A stretch of 64,000 nt of DNA from Emcibacteraceae bacterium (GCA_021774795.1 JAJFIR010000040.1:10326-74325); one strand, 5' to 3'; counted from the first letter of the stretch, positions 9,514 to 20,471 are shown. Made by a program: numbers and translations. The notes: a model not told the origin generated them from the sequence alone.

Positions 9514-10621
9514 CAACCACTTCAGTCGACAAGATATTTACTTCATGAAAATGGCCTTGAATTTGTCGAGGCGTGGTCTTGGCGCTACGCACCCAAACCC
9601 ATCCGTGGGTTGCGTCATTGTAAAAGATAACCATGTTATTGGAAGAGGTTGGACCGGCCCTAGCGGACGACCTCACGCTGAAATAAACGCCCTTGAAAGC
9701 ACCGTTGCCAGCGCTGATAACTCAACAGTTTATGTCACACTGGAACCATGTTCTCATCAGGGCAAAACCGCACCTTGTGCCAGTGCGCTTGTTAACGCCA
9801 AGGTTTCTAAAGTGATAATTGCGACGATTGATCCCGATCCACGGGTAAGCGGCAAAGGTATTAAAATAATCGAGGACGCTGATATTGATGTTGAGGTGGG
9901 CTTACTGAAAGATGAGGCTGATTTTATAAATCAGGGGTTTTTTCAAAAAATTATATTAAATCGTCCACTGTTAACGGTAAAATTTGCCAGTTCAATTGAT
10001 GGTAAAATCGCTCATAAAAAAAGCGAAAAGAGTTGGATTACCGGAACAGAATCACGAAAAAGGGGGCACCTTTACCGGGCCAACCACGATGCGATTATGG
10101 TGGGAATCGGAACCGTGTTGGTTGACAATCCGATGTTGGATTGCCGAATAAACGGCCTGGAAGACCGTTCGCCCATTCGAGTGGTAGTGGACACAGAATT
10201 GCGCTGTGACATAAACACGAAACTTTGCGTGTCCGCGGGCAAAATACCGCTGTGGATAATGACATCTTCTAATGATGTGAAAAAAATCGCAACATTCGAG
10301 AATGTTGGCGTCAAAATATTCATACTGGATAAAGATAAAAGTGGTTATGTGAATATTGATCAAGTGATGAAAACACTGGCACAACAAGGGATTACCAGAG
10401 TTTTGTCTGAAGGAGGCGGTAAACTTAATGCTTCGTTGATAAAGGCCGGTTTGATCGATCGTCTGCTTTGGTTCAAGTCCAAAGAAACTATTGGCGAAAA
10501 GGGTGTAAATGCATTATACGATATTGATGTAAATGAACTGGACCAACATTTGAATTTCATATTGATAGATGAAGGTTTGTCAGGTTCAGATAGTTGGCAG
10601 GAATATAAAATAGTAAGCTAG
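9500..10621 (+). CDS. ribD: Bifunctional riboflavin biosynthesis deaminase/reductase
   Basis: 373 aa with [27 protein letters not shown], zinc motifs HAE and [11 protein letters not shown], and a C-terminal reductase domain. Overlaps nrdR by 14 nt. Confidence 0.93.
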   Translation: MKKVSNHFSRQDIYFMKMALNLSRRGLGATHPNPSVGCVIVKDNHVIGRGWTGPSGRPHAEINALESTVASADNSTVYVTLEPCSHQGKTAPCASALVNAKVSKVIIATIDPDPRVSGKGIKIIEDADIDVEVGLLKDEADFINQGFFQKIILNRPLLTVKFASSIDGKIAHKKSEKSWITGTESRKRGHLYRANHDAIMVGIGTVLVDNPMLDCRINGLEDRSPIRVVVDTELRCDINTKLCVSAGKIPLWIMTSSNDVKKIATFENVGVKIFILDKDKSGYVNIDQVMKTLAQQGITRVLSEGGGKLNASLIKAGLIDRLLWFKSKETIGEKGVNALYDIDVNELDQHLNFILIDEGLSGSDSWQEYKIVS

Positions 10622-10628
10622 GCGAAAT

Positions 10629-11228
10629 ATGTTTACAGGTATTATTACAGATATTGGTAAAGTAAAATCACTTGTTAAAAATGGCGATATGCGTATCGCT
10701 ATCGAAACGAGTTATGATACTTCTACTATTGAATTTGGAGCGTCTGTCGCTTGTTCAGGTGTGTGTCTGACTGTTGTAGACAAAGGTAGTGACTGGTTCA
10801 GCGTTGATGTTTCTAGCGAAACTTTATTATGCACAGCTTTAGGTTCTTGGGCCACTGGCACCACTGTAAATTTAGAACGTGCCTTGAAAGTTGGCGAAGA
10901 GTTAGGTGGTCATCTTGTCACCGGTCATGTGGATTGTGTTGGTGAAGTGATATCAATCGAAGATGATGGTGATAGTAAAAAATTTACATTTAATATTTCT
11001 GACGATTTAAAATCATATATTGCAGAAAAAGGGTCAATTACTATTGACGGAGCGTCCCTTACTGTGAACGATGTAATGGACCAAAATGGCGTGCTTTCCG
11101 AATTTTGCGTCAATATCATTCCACATACACAGGAAAAAACAACCTTTGGGTCTCTTAAAAAAGGTGACAAGGTAAATATCGAAATAGATATTTTAGCCCG
11201 CTATGTGGCTAGATTGCATAATAAATAA
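10629..11228 (+). CDS. ribE: Riboflavin synthase
   Basis: 199 aa with an MFTGII N-terminus and two lumazine-binding repeats (GASVACSGVCLTV / GSITIDGASLTV). Confidence 0.93.
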   Translation: MFTGIITDIGKVKSLVKNGDMRIAIETSYDTSTIEFGASVACSGVCLTVVDKGSDWFSVDVSSETLLCTALGSWATGTTVNLERALKVGEELGGHLVTGHVDCVGEVISIEDDGDSKKFTFNISDDLKSYIAEKGSITIDGASLTVNDVMDQNGVLSEFCVNIIPHTQEKTTFGSLKKGDKVNIEIDILARYVARLHNK

Positions 11229-11243
11229 AAACCAGAGAGAAAT

Positions 11244-12383
11244 ATGCCTCATAAATTCTTATCCCCTATTGAAGATGTGTTAGAAGATGCAAAAAATGGA
11301 CGTATGTTCATACTTGTTGATGATGAAGACCGCGAAAATGAAGGGGATCTTATTATTCCCTCGCAAATGGCGACACCTGACGCAATTAACTTTATGGCAA
11401 CCCATGGTCGCGGACTGATTTGCCTGGCTTTAACGGCGCGAAGGTCGGAAGATCTTGGCCTTTCGATGATGTCACAGAAAAACGCGACCCGACATCAAAC
11501 GGCTTTTACAACTTCAATAGAAGCGGCGGAGGGTGTAACCACAGGTATTTCTGCTGCTGATCGCGCCCATACAATAGCGGTCGCCATTGACCCAACGAAA
11601 GATAAAGAGGACATCGTAACGCCGGGGCATGTTTTTCCGATTGTCGCGAAGCGGGGCGGCGTCCTTGTTAGAGCGGGCCATACTGAGGCGGCAGTTGATG
11701 TTGCACGCCTTGCGGGGCTTATACCGTCTGGTGTTATTTGCGAAATTATGAAAGATGACGGTACCATGGCAAGGTTGCCGGATCTCGTTGAGTTTGCGAA
11801 AAAACATAATTTAAAAGTAGCAACCATTGCAGATCTGATTGCGTATCGACGCCGTAATGATAATTTGGTCGAATGTATAGAAAAAACTGAGGTCGATTCT
11901 GAGTTTGGCGGTAAATTTTCCATGCGTGCTTACCTTGCAAAAGATGATGGCATTCAGCATTTTGCCCTTGTTAAGGGAAAACCCGAGATAGCGAATAAGG
12001 TTCTTGTCCGTATGCATTCTTTCAATATTTTTGAAGATGTTCTTGGTCAAAATGGTCCGCGCCGCGGCCAGCTCAATAGGGCAATGGTCGAGCTGGGAAA
12101 AGAGGAATGTGGTGTACTAGTTTTCCTAAGGGAAAACAGGAAAACGTATATTACCGATGAAATTGCTAAAAAAGATCAAAAAGTAAAAAAGCCGTCCCCT
12201 AATATCAAAAATTACGGTATTGGCGCACAAATACTTCTTGATTTGGGGGTCAGAGATTTTGTCTTGCTTTCTGATAGTGAACAAAATGTTGTTGGCATAG
12301 AAGGCTATGGATTAAATATTACCGGGCATCAAAGATTTGATAATAAACTCGACTTAAAAATAGTTTCCACTGAGGATAAATAG
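11244..12383 (+). CDS. ribB: 3,4-dihydroxy-2-butanone-4-phosphate synthase fused to a degenerate GTP cyclohydrolase II-like domain (RibBX-like)
   Basis: The N-terminal DHBPS motifs are intact ([34 protein letters not shown]). The C-terminal RibA-like domain lacks the zinc cysteines: HSFNIFED replaces HSECLTGD, and GPRRGQL replaces RCDCGxQL. Confidence 0.88.
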   Translation: MPHKFLSPIEDVLEDAKNGRMFILVDDEDRENEGDLIIPSQMATPDAINFMATHGRGLICLALTARRSEDLGLSMMSQKNATRHQTAFTTSIEAAEGVTTGISAADRAHTIAVAIDPTKDKEDIVTPGHVFPIVAKRGGVLVRAGHTEAAVDVARLAGLIPSGVICEIMKDDGTMARLPDLVEFAKKHNLKVATIADLIAYRRRNDNLVECIEKTEVDSEFGGKFSMRAYLAKDDGIQHFALVKGKPEIANKVLVRMHSFNIFEDVLGQNGPRRGQLNRAMVELGKEECGVLVFLRENRKTYITDEIAKKDQKVKKPSPNIKNYGIGAQILLDLGVRDFVLLSDSEQNVVGIEGYGLNITGHQRFDNKLDLKIVSTEDK

Positions 12384-12385
12384 CA

Positions 12386-12817
12386 ATGAAAATTCTTATT
12401 GTTGAAGCCCGTTTTTATGACGATATTGCGGATGAACTTGTTAAAGGATCAATTCAGGTCTTGGATGCAGCAGGTGTTGATTATGACCGTATTTCAGTTC
12501 CAGGCGCGTTCGAAATACCGGGGGCAGTGCGATTTGCCGCAGATAGCGATCACGGATATGACGGTTATGTCGCGCTCGGTTGTGTTATTCGCGGAGAAAC
12601 AAGTCATTATGACTATGTATGTGAGGAAAGTGCCAGAGGTTTACAGGATCTTGTTCTTAATGACAGACTAGCTATTGGTTACGGTATACTGACCGTCGAA
12701 AATAGAGACCAAGCGTGGGCCAGATGTTCTGTCGATAAGTATAACAAAGGCGCCGCTGTTACGGAGGCAACCCTGTGTATGATAGAGCTTAAGAAGCAGT
12801 ACGGAATAGCACGTTGA
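12386..12817 (+). CDS. ribH: 6,7-dimethyl-8-ribityllumazine synthase
   Basis: 143 aa with VPGAFEIPG and LGCVIRGETSHYDYV motifs. Confidence 0.93.
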   Translation: MKILIVEARFYDDIADELVKGSIQVLDAAGVDYDRISVPGAFEIPGAVRFAADSDHGYDGYVALGCVIRGETSHYDYVCEESARGLQDLVLNDRLAIGYGILTVENRDQAWARCSVDKYNKGAAVTEATLCMIELKKQYGIAR

Positions 12818-13272
12818 TGAATGATAAGAAAACGATCAAAGGGGGAGCGCGCAGTTCGGCTCGGCTCGCAGCGGTGCAAGCCCTGTATCAAATGGAAATG
12901 AGCCATATTGCTGCAAAAATCATTGTTGATGAGTTTATCGATCATCGGCTTGGCGAAATAATTGAAGACAGTCAGTTAGAGAAGGCCGACGCCGTTTTCT
13001 TTAATGATATTGTAATTGGCGTCGAAAAACAGATTACTGAAGTTGACGAACATATTAGAAATAGTTTGAGCGAGGATTGGTCGCTTGAACGCATTGAATC
13101 AGTGGCGAGGGCCGTTCTTAGAGCAGGTACATATGAAATTCTGGCTAGGCCTGATGTGCCAACAAATGTTATAATTAATGAATATGTTGATGTAACCAAG
13201 GCCTTTTTTGAAGATAGCACTCCGGGGTTTGTCAACGGAGTGCTTGATAAAATTACAACTAAAATTAGATAA
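12814..13272 (+). CDS. nusB: Transcription antitermination factor NusB
   Basis: 152 aa. ARLAAVQALYQMEM and the conserved position after ribH both fit NusB. Confidence 0.9.
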   Translation: MMNDKKTIKGGARSSARLAAVQALYQMEMSHIAAKIIVDEFIDHRLGEIIEDSQLEKADAVFFNDIVIGVEKQITEVDEHIRNSLSEDWSLERIESVARAVLRAGTYEILARPDVPTNVIINEYVDVTKAFFEDSTPGFVNGVLDKITTKIR

Positions 13273-13302
13273 GGTCGGAAATTTAAGATTAAAAATATTT
13301 AA

Positions 13303-14307
13303 TTGAAAGATGAGAAGCTGACCACAACTGAATTTGATCTCATAAAAAAATATTTTGAGCCTTTATCACCTGAAGGCGCGCCTGCTTTTTCATTGAGCAA
13401 TGATGGAGCGATATATTCATCCGATCCGGGGCAAGATCTGGTTTTTACAAATGATATGTTGGTGGCGGGCGTTCATTTTTTTCCTGATGATAGTCCCGGG
13501 TTGATTGCTCAAAAAGCGCAACGAGTTAATTTATCTGATCTTGCAGCAATGGGGGCTGATCCAGAGGGTTATTTGTTGAGCTTGGCGTTGCCGAAGAGCG
13601 GATTAAATGTTGATAAATGGGTGTCTGAATTTGCCCGTGGCCTCCTTAAAGGTCAAAAGGAATTTAGTTGGCAAATATGGGGCGGGGATACCGTATCGAC
13701 AATGGGACCGATAACTATTTCAGTAACCGCGATTGGTTCTGTGAAACGAGGGTGTTTCTTATCGAGATCCGGTGCAAAACCGGGAGACCAAATATACGTT
13801 TCCGGGGAAATTGGGGACGCAGCTTGCGGATTAAAGGTTCTGAAAATGGGGGTGGGTAAGGAAAATTACAATTATCTAATAGATCGTTATCACTTGCCGG
13901 TTCCGCGAATTAAGCTGGGTAGATCTTTGGTCGACGTTGCGACATCCGCTTTGGACATATCTGATGGATTAATGGCTGATATTGGGCATATATGCGAAGA
14001 ATCGAATGTAGGGGCAATAATAAATTATCGACAAATACCGACATCAATGGCGCTGAATTATTTTCTGAAAAGTAATCATTTGGAAACCAATGAAGATTAT
14101 AGTCATCTGGTCTGGAATGGCGGAGATGATTATGAATTACTATTCACCATTTCTGAAGAAAAAGAAGATGCTTTAAAGAAAATATCGAAAGAACTTAGTG
14201 TAAGTATTACTAAGATTGGTGAAATCACGGCTGACTGTAAAGCTGTATTAGTAGACGACGATGGCCACGAAATTGATACGAAAAGTCAGGGTTTTAGTCA
14301 TTTTTAA
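13303..14307 (+). CDS. thiL: Thiamine-monophosphate kinase
   Basis: 334 aa with an AIR-synthase-like fold (FTNDMLVAGVHF, NLSDLAAMGA, GGDTV, ALDISDGL, GGDDYELLF). TTG start. Confidence 0.9.
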   Translation: MKDEKLTTTEFDLIKKYFEPLSPEGAPAFSLSNDGAIYSSDPGQDLVFTNDMLVAGVHFFPDDSPGLIAQKAQRVNLSDLAAMGADPEGYLLSLALPKSGLNVDKWVSEFARGLLKGQKEFSWQIWGGDTVSTMGPITISVTAIGSVKRGCFLSRSGAKPGDQIYVSGEIGDAACGLKVLKMGVGKENYNYLIDRYHLPVPRIKLGRSLVDVATSALDISDGLMADIGHICEESNVGAIINYRQIPTSMALNYFLKSNHLETNEDYSHLVWNGGDDYELLFTISEEKEDALKKISKELSVSITKIGEITADCKAVLVDDDGHEIDTKSQGFSHF

Positions 14308-14846
14308 TGAAAGAGAATAATCATATGGCTGACGAAGAAAAATCAGATAATGAACAGAAAAAAGACGAAAAGCCTAAAGGGGGCGGTAAAAAGTTACTGA
14401 TCATTGGGTTATTGTCCGGACTTATATTGGGTGGCGGCGGCGCTGCCGGTTTCTTTATTATGCAACCATCGGAAGCTGACGAAGATGCCATTGAAGAAAT
14501 AGTGGAAGAGGTAGAGCCTGCGCCGGTACTGCCTGATTATCGGTATGTGGATATTGAGCGTCTGCAACTTCCTAATATATATAATGGGCGCGTCCTGAAT
14601 TATGTATCAATGAATGTTTCGATGGAAGTGATTGGTGAGCAAGACAAGATGCTTTTGGAAAAAACCGTTCTCATCATAAGAGATTCGTTAATTCGTTATT
14701 ATAGCGAAAACTCTATTGGTCGTAAGGACAGTCCGCGCATCGCTGATTTTGAAGGGCTTTCTGAAAAGATCAAAGAATTTGCCAATAATGAAGTACATAA
14801 AGAAATTGTAGAGAGAGTTATCGTCAATGAAAGCCGGGCTCTTTAA
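14307..14846 (+). CDS. FliL-like single-pass membrane protein (orphan)
   Basis: 179 aa with a charged N-terminus, one TM segment (LLIIGLLSGLILGGGGAAGFFI) and a FliL-like C-terminal body (YVDIERLQLPNIYNGRVLNYVSMNVSMEV..LIIRDSLIRYY..VIVNESRAL). The alternative start is M at 14325. Confidence 0.5.
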   Translation: MKENNHMADEEKSDNEQKKDEKPKGGGKKLLIIGLLSGLILGGGGAAGFFIMQPSEADEDAIEEIVEEVEPAPVLPDYRYVDIERLQLPNIYNGRVLNYVSMNVSMEVIGEQDKMLLEKTVLIIRDSLIRYYSENSIGRKDSPRIADFEGLSEKIKEFANNEVHKEIVERVIVNESRAL

Positions 14847-15304
14847 TTGCCAGCTTGTGGTAAACCACCGGCAGATCCAAATCGTCCTACGTTACCAAAC
14901 AATTCTGCAAGGAAGTTTACTTCTTTACCATGGGTAATTGTTTTCTTTGTCACAGGATCAATGATTTTATTGTCAGCAACGGTGAAATTTCTTATCTCAG
15001 ATACATAATCATCATTATCAAAAGTTACAGCCAAGATATTCATTTCGATGGTTTTTTCTTTAAAAAAAGCCCAACGTTCGGTTTCTTTTGAATAGTAATA
15101 CCAATTATTATCATCAAAAGTAGGTTTCATTGTTGGATTGCCAAGCATGGATTCGACAGATTCTTTATTGTCAACTTCAACGCGTATGGCATCGATCATT
15201 TTCTGGTCAGGAATATATCCACGGCTTTGCTTAATTGATGTGCAGGAAGAAATCATCATAAATGCAAGAATAACAATTAATGTTTTAGCTAAGGAAATCT
15301 TCAT
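14843..15304 (-). CDS. bamE: Outer-membrane assembly lipoprotein BamE (SmpA/OmlA)
   Basis: I prefer the start MKISLAKTLIVILAFMMISSC (lipobox ISSC) at 15304. RGYIPDQKMIDAIRVEVDNKESVESMLGNP is BamE-like. Confidence 0.8.
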   Translation of the reverse strand: MKISLAKTLIVILAFMMISSCTSIKQSRGYIPDQKMIDAIRVEVDNKESVESMLGNPTMKPTFDDNNWYYYSKETERWAFFKEKTIEMNILAVTFDNDDYVSEIRNFTVADNKIIDPVTKKTITHGKEVNFLAELFGNVGRFGSAGGLPQAGN

Positions 15305-15492
15305 ATTAAATATTCGCACTCTTAATAGTAAATCCACGTTGGAATTAATTGCAGTTTCAGCAATAGCGTGTTAATTCACATTTGATATAGTAAAACCGAT
15401 TTAACATACACCTATACGGTCAAAATTTGGCAACAAAATGACATTAGCAAGTTGGCTAGTCAATCTTTTAGTTTATTATAACACGGAAAATA

Positions 15493-16044
15493 ATGATGTT
15501 TGATTTTTTATCGAGAAGTAAAAAGCTGAATAATGCAGCACATCAATTATTTTTAAAAGTTATCGAACAGTCTCGTGACGACAGTTTTTATAAAAATTAT
15601 AAGGTTGAGGATAGTTTAGACGGACGGTTTGATCTTATGACAATGCATATGTCAATTATTTTAAACAAGCTAGAGCAGCATAGTGAAATAAATGACGCTA
15701 AACTTGTAAGACGCAGTTTGCAGGAAATAATGTTTGATAATCTTGATTTATCCTTAAGGGAAATTGGTGTGGGTGATCTTGGCGTTGGTAAGAAAATAAA
15801 AGTTATGGCTGAAGCATTTTATGGAAGGGTAGCGGTTTATCAGGCTCTATTTAAAAGTAATAATCACCGTGATTTGTCGGAAGCATTAAAGCGCAATTTA
15901 TATCGGGGTAGAGATATAGAAGAAGGAGTTTTGTCCGAAATGGTGAACTATGTATTTTTGCAGTGGGAAAGTGTAAACGGGCAATCGATCATGGATATCA
16001 TTAAAGGTAATATTAGTTTTTTGACAATCGAAGGTGAAATGTAA
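15493..16044 (+). CDS. Ubiquinol-cytochrome c chaperone (Cbp3-like) family protein
   Basis: 183 aa. DSLDGRFDLMTMHMSIILNKL plus DLSLREIGVGDLGVGKKIK are typical of this family, and the position next to yceD-plsX is conserved in Alphaproteobacteria. Confidence 0.7.
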   Translation: MMFDFLSRSKKLNNAAHQLFLKVIEQSRDDSFYKNYKVEDSLDGRFDLMTMHMSIILNKLEQHSEINDAKLVRRSLQEIMFDNLDLSLREIGVGDLGVGKKIKVMAEAFYGRVAVYQALFKSNNHRDLSEALKRNLYRGRDIEEGVLSEMVNYVFLQWESVNGQSIMDIIKGNISFLTIEGEM

Positions 16045-16611
16045 ATGGCAGTGGATATTCCCGAAAACGAATTTAGTCGTATTTTTAACTTAGATAACGT
16101 TACTAAAAAGAGTTCTAAAATTAGTATCGAAACCAGCATTGAGGAGCGACTGAAACTAGCGAAAAGATTTTCAATTCCGGAAATCTCATCATTAAAGGCT
16201 AATTGTGCCATAGAAAAGCTTACTCAAAAAAAATCGGGTGATTTTAGGTTATCTGTTTCGATGCATGCTCATTTAGTGCGGCAATGTGTTGTAACATTAA
16301 ATGATATAAACGAATCAATAGAGGAAAACTTTACGATTGTTTTTATAATAAATTCTCAGAATAAGGAAATTGCTGATGATAAGGTCGTGGAGTTTACCGT
16401 TGACGAGGACGACTTTGAGTTGATAGAAGACTATAAAATTGATTTAGGCGAATATGTCGCTGAATATTTGTCGCTCTCTATGAGTTCATACCCCCGTCAA
16501 GCGGAGGTTTCAGCCAAAGAATATGGTTTTAAAATATTGGAAGAGAATGAAGTCGCATCAGAACTGGAAAAAAGAAATCCTTTTAATGTTTTAGAAAGTC
16601 TTAAACATTAA
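16045..16611 (+). CDS. yceD: YceD/DUF177 family protein
   Basis: 188 aa and acidic. The position upstream of plsX and the CVVTLNDINESIEENF-type core fit DUF177. Confidence 0.7.
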   Translation: MAVDIPENEFSRIFNLDNVTKKSSKISIETSIEERLKLAKRFSIPEISSLKANCAIEKLTQKKSGDFRLSVSMHAHLVRQCVVTLNDINESIEENFTIVFIINSQNKEIADDKVVEFTVDEDDFELIEDYKIDLGEYVAEYLSLSMSSYPRQAEVSAKEYGFKILEENEVASELEKRNPFNVLESLKH

Positions 16612-16729
16612 ACTTGAAGATAACAGATATTACTATATTTTAAATTAGTAATATTTAGGGCTTGACCAGTAAGAACATCTCATTGATCTGAGTATATTTT
16701 ATGACGCAATTTGAGAATAAGGGTAAAAA

Positions 16730-17827
16730 TTGACGGGTGAACTTGTAATTTCATTAGATGCGATGGGCGGAGATAATGCTCCGGACATCGTTATTGAAGG
16801 TGCCAGTATTGCGCGTGAACGGACACCAAATCTACGTTTTCTTATTTTTGGTGATGAAACCAGAATAGTTCCGCTTCTTACGCGCTATCCCATATTAAAA
16901 GGCTGCTGCGAAGTACGTCACACTGACAAAACTATATCTGCCGATGAGAAACCAAGCCAAGCGTTGAGAAGAGGACGCGATTCCAGTATGGGTCAATCCA
17001 TCCAGGCAGTAAAAGACGGCGAGTCATGTGCCGCTGTGCTTGCTGGAAATACTGGTGCTCAAATGGCGTTAGCAAAGTTTATTTTGCGGACCATGCCCGG
17101 AATTGATAGACCGGCACTCGCATCGTTGATCCCGACAAATAGGGGGGAAAGTGTCATGCTGGACCTAGGTGCAAACGTTGAATGCGATGAAAATAATCTT
17201 GTGCAATTTGCGATCATGGGTGCCGCTTTCGCGCGTTCAGTATTAGGTGTTGCTAAACCAACCGTTGCTATTCTTAATGTTGGTGTGGAGGAATTAAAGG
17301 GTAGTGATGCCATCAAAGAGGCGGACCGCATGCTTCGGGAAGCAAATATTCCCATGGATTATAAAGGGTTTACAGAAGGACATGGACTTGGAAGTGGTGA
17401 AGTAGATGTCGTTGTTACGGACGGCTTTACGGGTAATATAGCGTTGAAGACCGCCGAAGGGACGGCAAAAATGATTGCCAATTTACTCAAAAGAACACTC
17501 AATGAATCGATAGTGTCGAAAGTAGGTGCATTATTTGCGAGCGCATCTTTACAATCACTCAAAAATCATTTGGACCCCAACAATCATAATGGTGCCGTAT
17601 TTATGGGCCTAAATGGGTTGGTCATTAAAAGCCATGGTGGGGCAAGTTCGAAAGGATTTGCCAGTGCTATTATTGCAGCAATTGATATGGCGGAAAATGA
17701 TTTGGCGGGCAAAATTACCCGAGACTTAATGAATTTTAACAGCAGTGGCAGCAATGACATTGATGAAAATGTAAATGAAAAAAAAGACGAGACCGTTATA
17801 GAGATGAATATTAAGGAAATACAGTAA
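16730..17827 (+). CDS. plsX: Phosphate acyltransferase PlsX
   Basis: 365 aa with [22 protein letters not shown] and [20 protein letters not shown] start. Confidence 0.95.
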   Translation: MTGELVISLDAMGGDNAPDIVIEGASIARERTPNLRFLIFGDETRIVPLLTRYPILKGCCEVRHTDKTISADEKPSQALRRGRDSSMGQSIQAVKDGESCAAVLAGNTGAQMALAKFILRTMPGIDRPALASLIPTNRGESVMLDLGANVECDENNLVQFAIMGAAFARSVLGVAKPTVAILNVGVEELKGSDAIKEADRMLREANIPMDYKGFTEGHGLGSGEVDVVVTDGFTGNIALKTAEGTAKMIANLLKRTLNESIVSKVGALFASASLQSLKNHLDPNNHNGAVFMGLNGLVIKSHGGASSKGFASAIIAAIDMAENDLAGKITRDLMNFNSSGSNDIDENVNEKKDETVIEMNIKEIQ

Positions 17828-18804
17828 TGAGCGTAATTCGCTCGATTATTTCGGGCTCAGGGTCTTATCTTCCAAAAAATATTATAACTAATAAAGATCT
17901 GGAACATAAAGTCGATACATCCGATGAATGGATCGTCGAGCGTACGGGCATTAAACAGCGCCATATTGCTGCGGATGATGAAGTTACATCTGATCTCGCT
18001 GTCAATGCGGCAAAAAAAGCACTTCATAATGCGAATGTAACGGCGGCGGATATCGATCTTATTGTTGTTGCGACTTCGACGGCGGATCAAACTTTCCCCT
18101 CTACTGCCACAACCGTTCAATATAAACTTGGTATTACGCGTGGTGCCGCGTTTGATGTGCAGGCTGTTTGCTCAGGATTCATTTATGCATTAACGACGGC
18201 TGATAATTTTATCAAAGCAGGGCAGGCAAAACACGTGTTAGTGATCGGTGCCGAAATATTCTCTCGTATTTTGGACTGGGAGGATCGCGGGACTTGTGTT
18301 CTTTTTGGTGATGGTGCCGGCGCAGTGGTTTTATCTGCGGAAAATGGAAGAGGAGATAATAGCGATCAGGGAATTTTAGCATCGAAACTTCATTCGGATG
18401 GCCGGTATAATGACCTTCTTTATGTTGACGGTGGTGTTTCATCAACACAAACTGTCGGTCATTTAAGAATGAAGGGCAGAGAAGTATTTCGCCACGCCGT
18501 CGTCAATCTTGCTTCTGTGGTAAAAGAAGTTCTTGAAGACACCAATATGAAGTCGGATGATATTGATTGGATCGTTCCTCACCAGGCTAATAAGCGGATA
18601 TTGGACGGTACGGCTAGAAAGCTTAAAGTTTCACCTGAAAAGGTTATCGTAACGGTCCATAAACATGCCAATACATCAGCGGCTTCGATTCCTCTTGCTC
18701 TTGATGAAGCCGTCCAGGATGGCCGAATCACTCGTGGACAAATCCTTATTTTAGAGGCGATGGGCGGTGGATTTACCTGGGGCGCATGCCTTTTAAGGTG
18801 GTAA
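17827..18804 (+). CDS. fabH: 3-oxoacyl-ACP synthase III
   Basis: 325 aa with the catalytic Cys (AVCSGF), His (VPHQANKRI) and Asn ([10 protein letters not shown]). Its start overlaps the plsX stop. Confidence 0.96.
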   Translation: MSVIRSIISGSGSYLPKNIITNKDLEHKVDTSDEWIVERTGIKQRHIAADDEVTSDLAVNAAKKALHNANVTAADIDLIVVATSTADQTFPSTATTVQYKLGITRGAAFDVQAVCSGFIYALTTADNFIKAGQAKHVLVIGAEIFSRILDWEDRGTCVLFGDGAGAVVLSAENGRGDNSDQGILASKLHSDGRYNDLLYVDGGVSSTQTVGHLRMKGREVFRHAVVNLASVVKEVLEDTNMKSDDIDWIVPHQANKRILDGTARKLKVSPEKVIVTVHKHANTSAASIPLALDEAVQDGRITRGQILILEAMGGGFTWGACLLRW

Positions 18805-18874
18805 ATCGTAATATTACTGTGATATTTTTATCTTATTTCTCATTTTAGCACATAAACTAGTCTATTAGGAACTC

Positions 18875-18904
18875 TTCACATCCCTTTGATATTGACCGTA
18901 TAAT
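18875..18904 (+). promoter_or_regulatory. Candidate sigma-70 promoter for ihfA
   Basis: TTCACA (18875-18880), an 18-nt spacer, then TATAAT (18899-18904), about 40 nt upstream of the ihfA start. Confidence 0.35.
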
Positions 18905-18945
18905 CCACCTACAGTAGGCTATGGAAAACAAATGAGGTAGGATAA

Positions 18946-19239
18946 ATGAGTGGAAAAACAGTTACGAGGGCTGATTTAATTGAAGCGGTATATCAGGAAG
19001 TGGGACTTTCAAGAAATGAATCTGCTGATTTAGTTGAAACAGTTTTGGATGAAATTGCGTCAAATCTGACCAGTGGGGACAATGTCAAAATTTCCTCATT
19101 TGGAAGTTTCATTGTTCGCGACAAGGGTGGTCGTATCGGTCGTAATCCAAAAACGGGTGAAGAGGTTCCAATTGAACCAAGAAGAGTTCTTGTGTTCAGA
19201 CCTTCACAGGTTTTGAAAGATCGCGTTAGTAATTCATAA
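18946..19239 (+). CDS. ihfA: Integration host factor subunit alpha
   Basis: 97 aa with the GFGSF-type arm ([25 protein letters not shown]). Confidence 0.95.
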   Translation: MSGKTVTRADLIEAVYQEVGLSRNESADLVETVLDEIASNLTSGDNVKISSFGSFIVRDKGGRIGRNPKTGEEVPIEPRRVLVFRPSQVLKDRVSNS

Positions 19240-19321
19240 AAATAGCTATTATGCACGTCAAGAAGGGGTTGTTTATATGGAACACACTTGCTTGTTGTTG
19301 CACAGAAAGAAATTGAGCTAA

Positions 19322-19741
19322 ATGCCAGCTTCAAAACATGCAAAATCTCCTAACGCCTTTCGGACCATTAGCGAAGTTGCTGATAGCATTGGCATACCTC
19401 AGCATGTATTAAGATTTTGGGAAAGCAAATTTAGCCAAATTAAACCAATGAAACGTGGTGGTGGCCGCCGCTATTATCGACCCGAAGATGTAGAAGTTAT
19501 TGATGCTATAAGAAGGCTTCTTCATGACGATGGTTATACGATCAAGGGTGCGCAAAAACTGCTTCGCGAACATGGTGTAAAAGCGGTTATTCAGCAAACA
19601 TATGTTGTACACGCCATTGAGGAACCCACTGCAACGCCTGAGGCTTCAAATGAAGATTTGCCAGACGGAACGTCACTCAAGACAATTCGTGACGGGTTGG
19701 AGAAAGCCCGCAAGGAATTAGCGACTGCGCTCAAGGAATAG
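19322..19741 (+). CDS. MerR-family transcriptional regulator
   Basis: 139 aa with a MerR HTH ([25 protein letters not shown]...[12 protein letters not shown]). Conserved partner of ihfA in Alphaproteobacteria. Confidence 0.85.
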   Translation: MPASKHAKSPNAFRTISEVADSIGIPQHVLRFWESKFSQIKPMKRGGGRRYYRPEDVEVIDAIRRLLHDDGYTIKGAQKLLREHGVKAVIQQTYVVHAIEEPTATPEASNEDLPDGTSLKTIRDGLEKARKELATALKE

Positions 19742-19743
19742 CA

Positions 19744-20238
19744 CTAGTCCTTGATACCGTTACTGTCAATTAATCCATCTATTACGCTATCTGAATAATC
19801 CAGTAATTTACCAAAACCTACCGCGATTTCTCTTCTGCTGGCTTTATCATATTTATCGGCCGATATTAGGTCAGCTTTTCTTTTTTTAAGTGCATTATAT
19901 TTATCGAGTGTATCATCTTTGTATATTACAAAAAGAGTAAGACCATCTGTTATTGAGGATGGAAATAAGTCAGTCACCAGGAAATCACTTTCTTTATAAT
20001 ACATCACGCCATTTCGTTCTGTAATATGCTTGATTACGGTTTCCCATTTTGTTGCTTCTTCAGCTGTGAACATTTCACTTAAGCCGATTTGTTTTACATC
20101 CATTTTGACGACTTCGGCAAACCCGGCAACAACTCCCATATGAAAATGTATATTTTCAACGGTAAATTCGTCCAAGTTTTGCGCATTTGCGTTTGAATAG
20201 AGTGATAGGATAAGGATCATAGCGAGTTTTTTTAGCAT
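19744..20238 (-). CDS. Exported hypothetical protein
   Basis: 164 aa with a signal peptide (MLKKLAMILILSLYSNANA-QN). I recognise no family. Confidence 0.6.
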   Translation of the reverse strand: MLKKLAMILILSLYSNANAQNLDEFTVENIHFHMGVVAGFAEVVKMDVKQIGLSEMFTAEEATKWETVIKHITERNGVMYYKESDFLVTDLFPSSITDGLTLFVIYKDDTLDKYNALKKRKADLISADKYDKASRREIAVGFGKLLDYSDSVIDGLIDSNGIKD

Positions 20239-20306
20239 TTTTTATTCCCATTAGTGTTACCGGAAATTCATCGTATAAATAAATTGGGAAAAGATCAATT
20301 GGCCTG

Positions 20307-20335
20307 TTGCGACAAAATAGATGTGTCGTTATATT
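20307..20335 (+). promoter_or_regulatory. Candidate sigma-70 promoter of tRNA-Pro
   Basis: TTGCGA (20307-20312), a 17-nt spacer, then TATATT (20330-20335), ending 20 nt before the tRNA 5' end. Confidence 0.5.
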
Positions 20336-20355
20336 GCGTCTTTCATTTGGTGGTA

Positions 20356-20432
<77 letters not shown>

Positions 20433-20471
20433 AATTATCCAATTAAAACTTTCTTCTCTTCATATTCTTTT

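Noticed and set aside
16612-16729. Expected rpmF (L32) between yceD and plsX.
   Set aside because: The gap is only 118 nt with no suitable small ORF. L32 must be encoded elsewhere.
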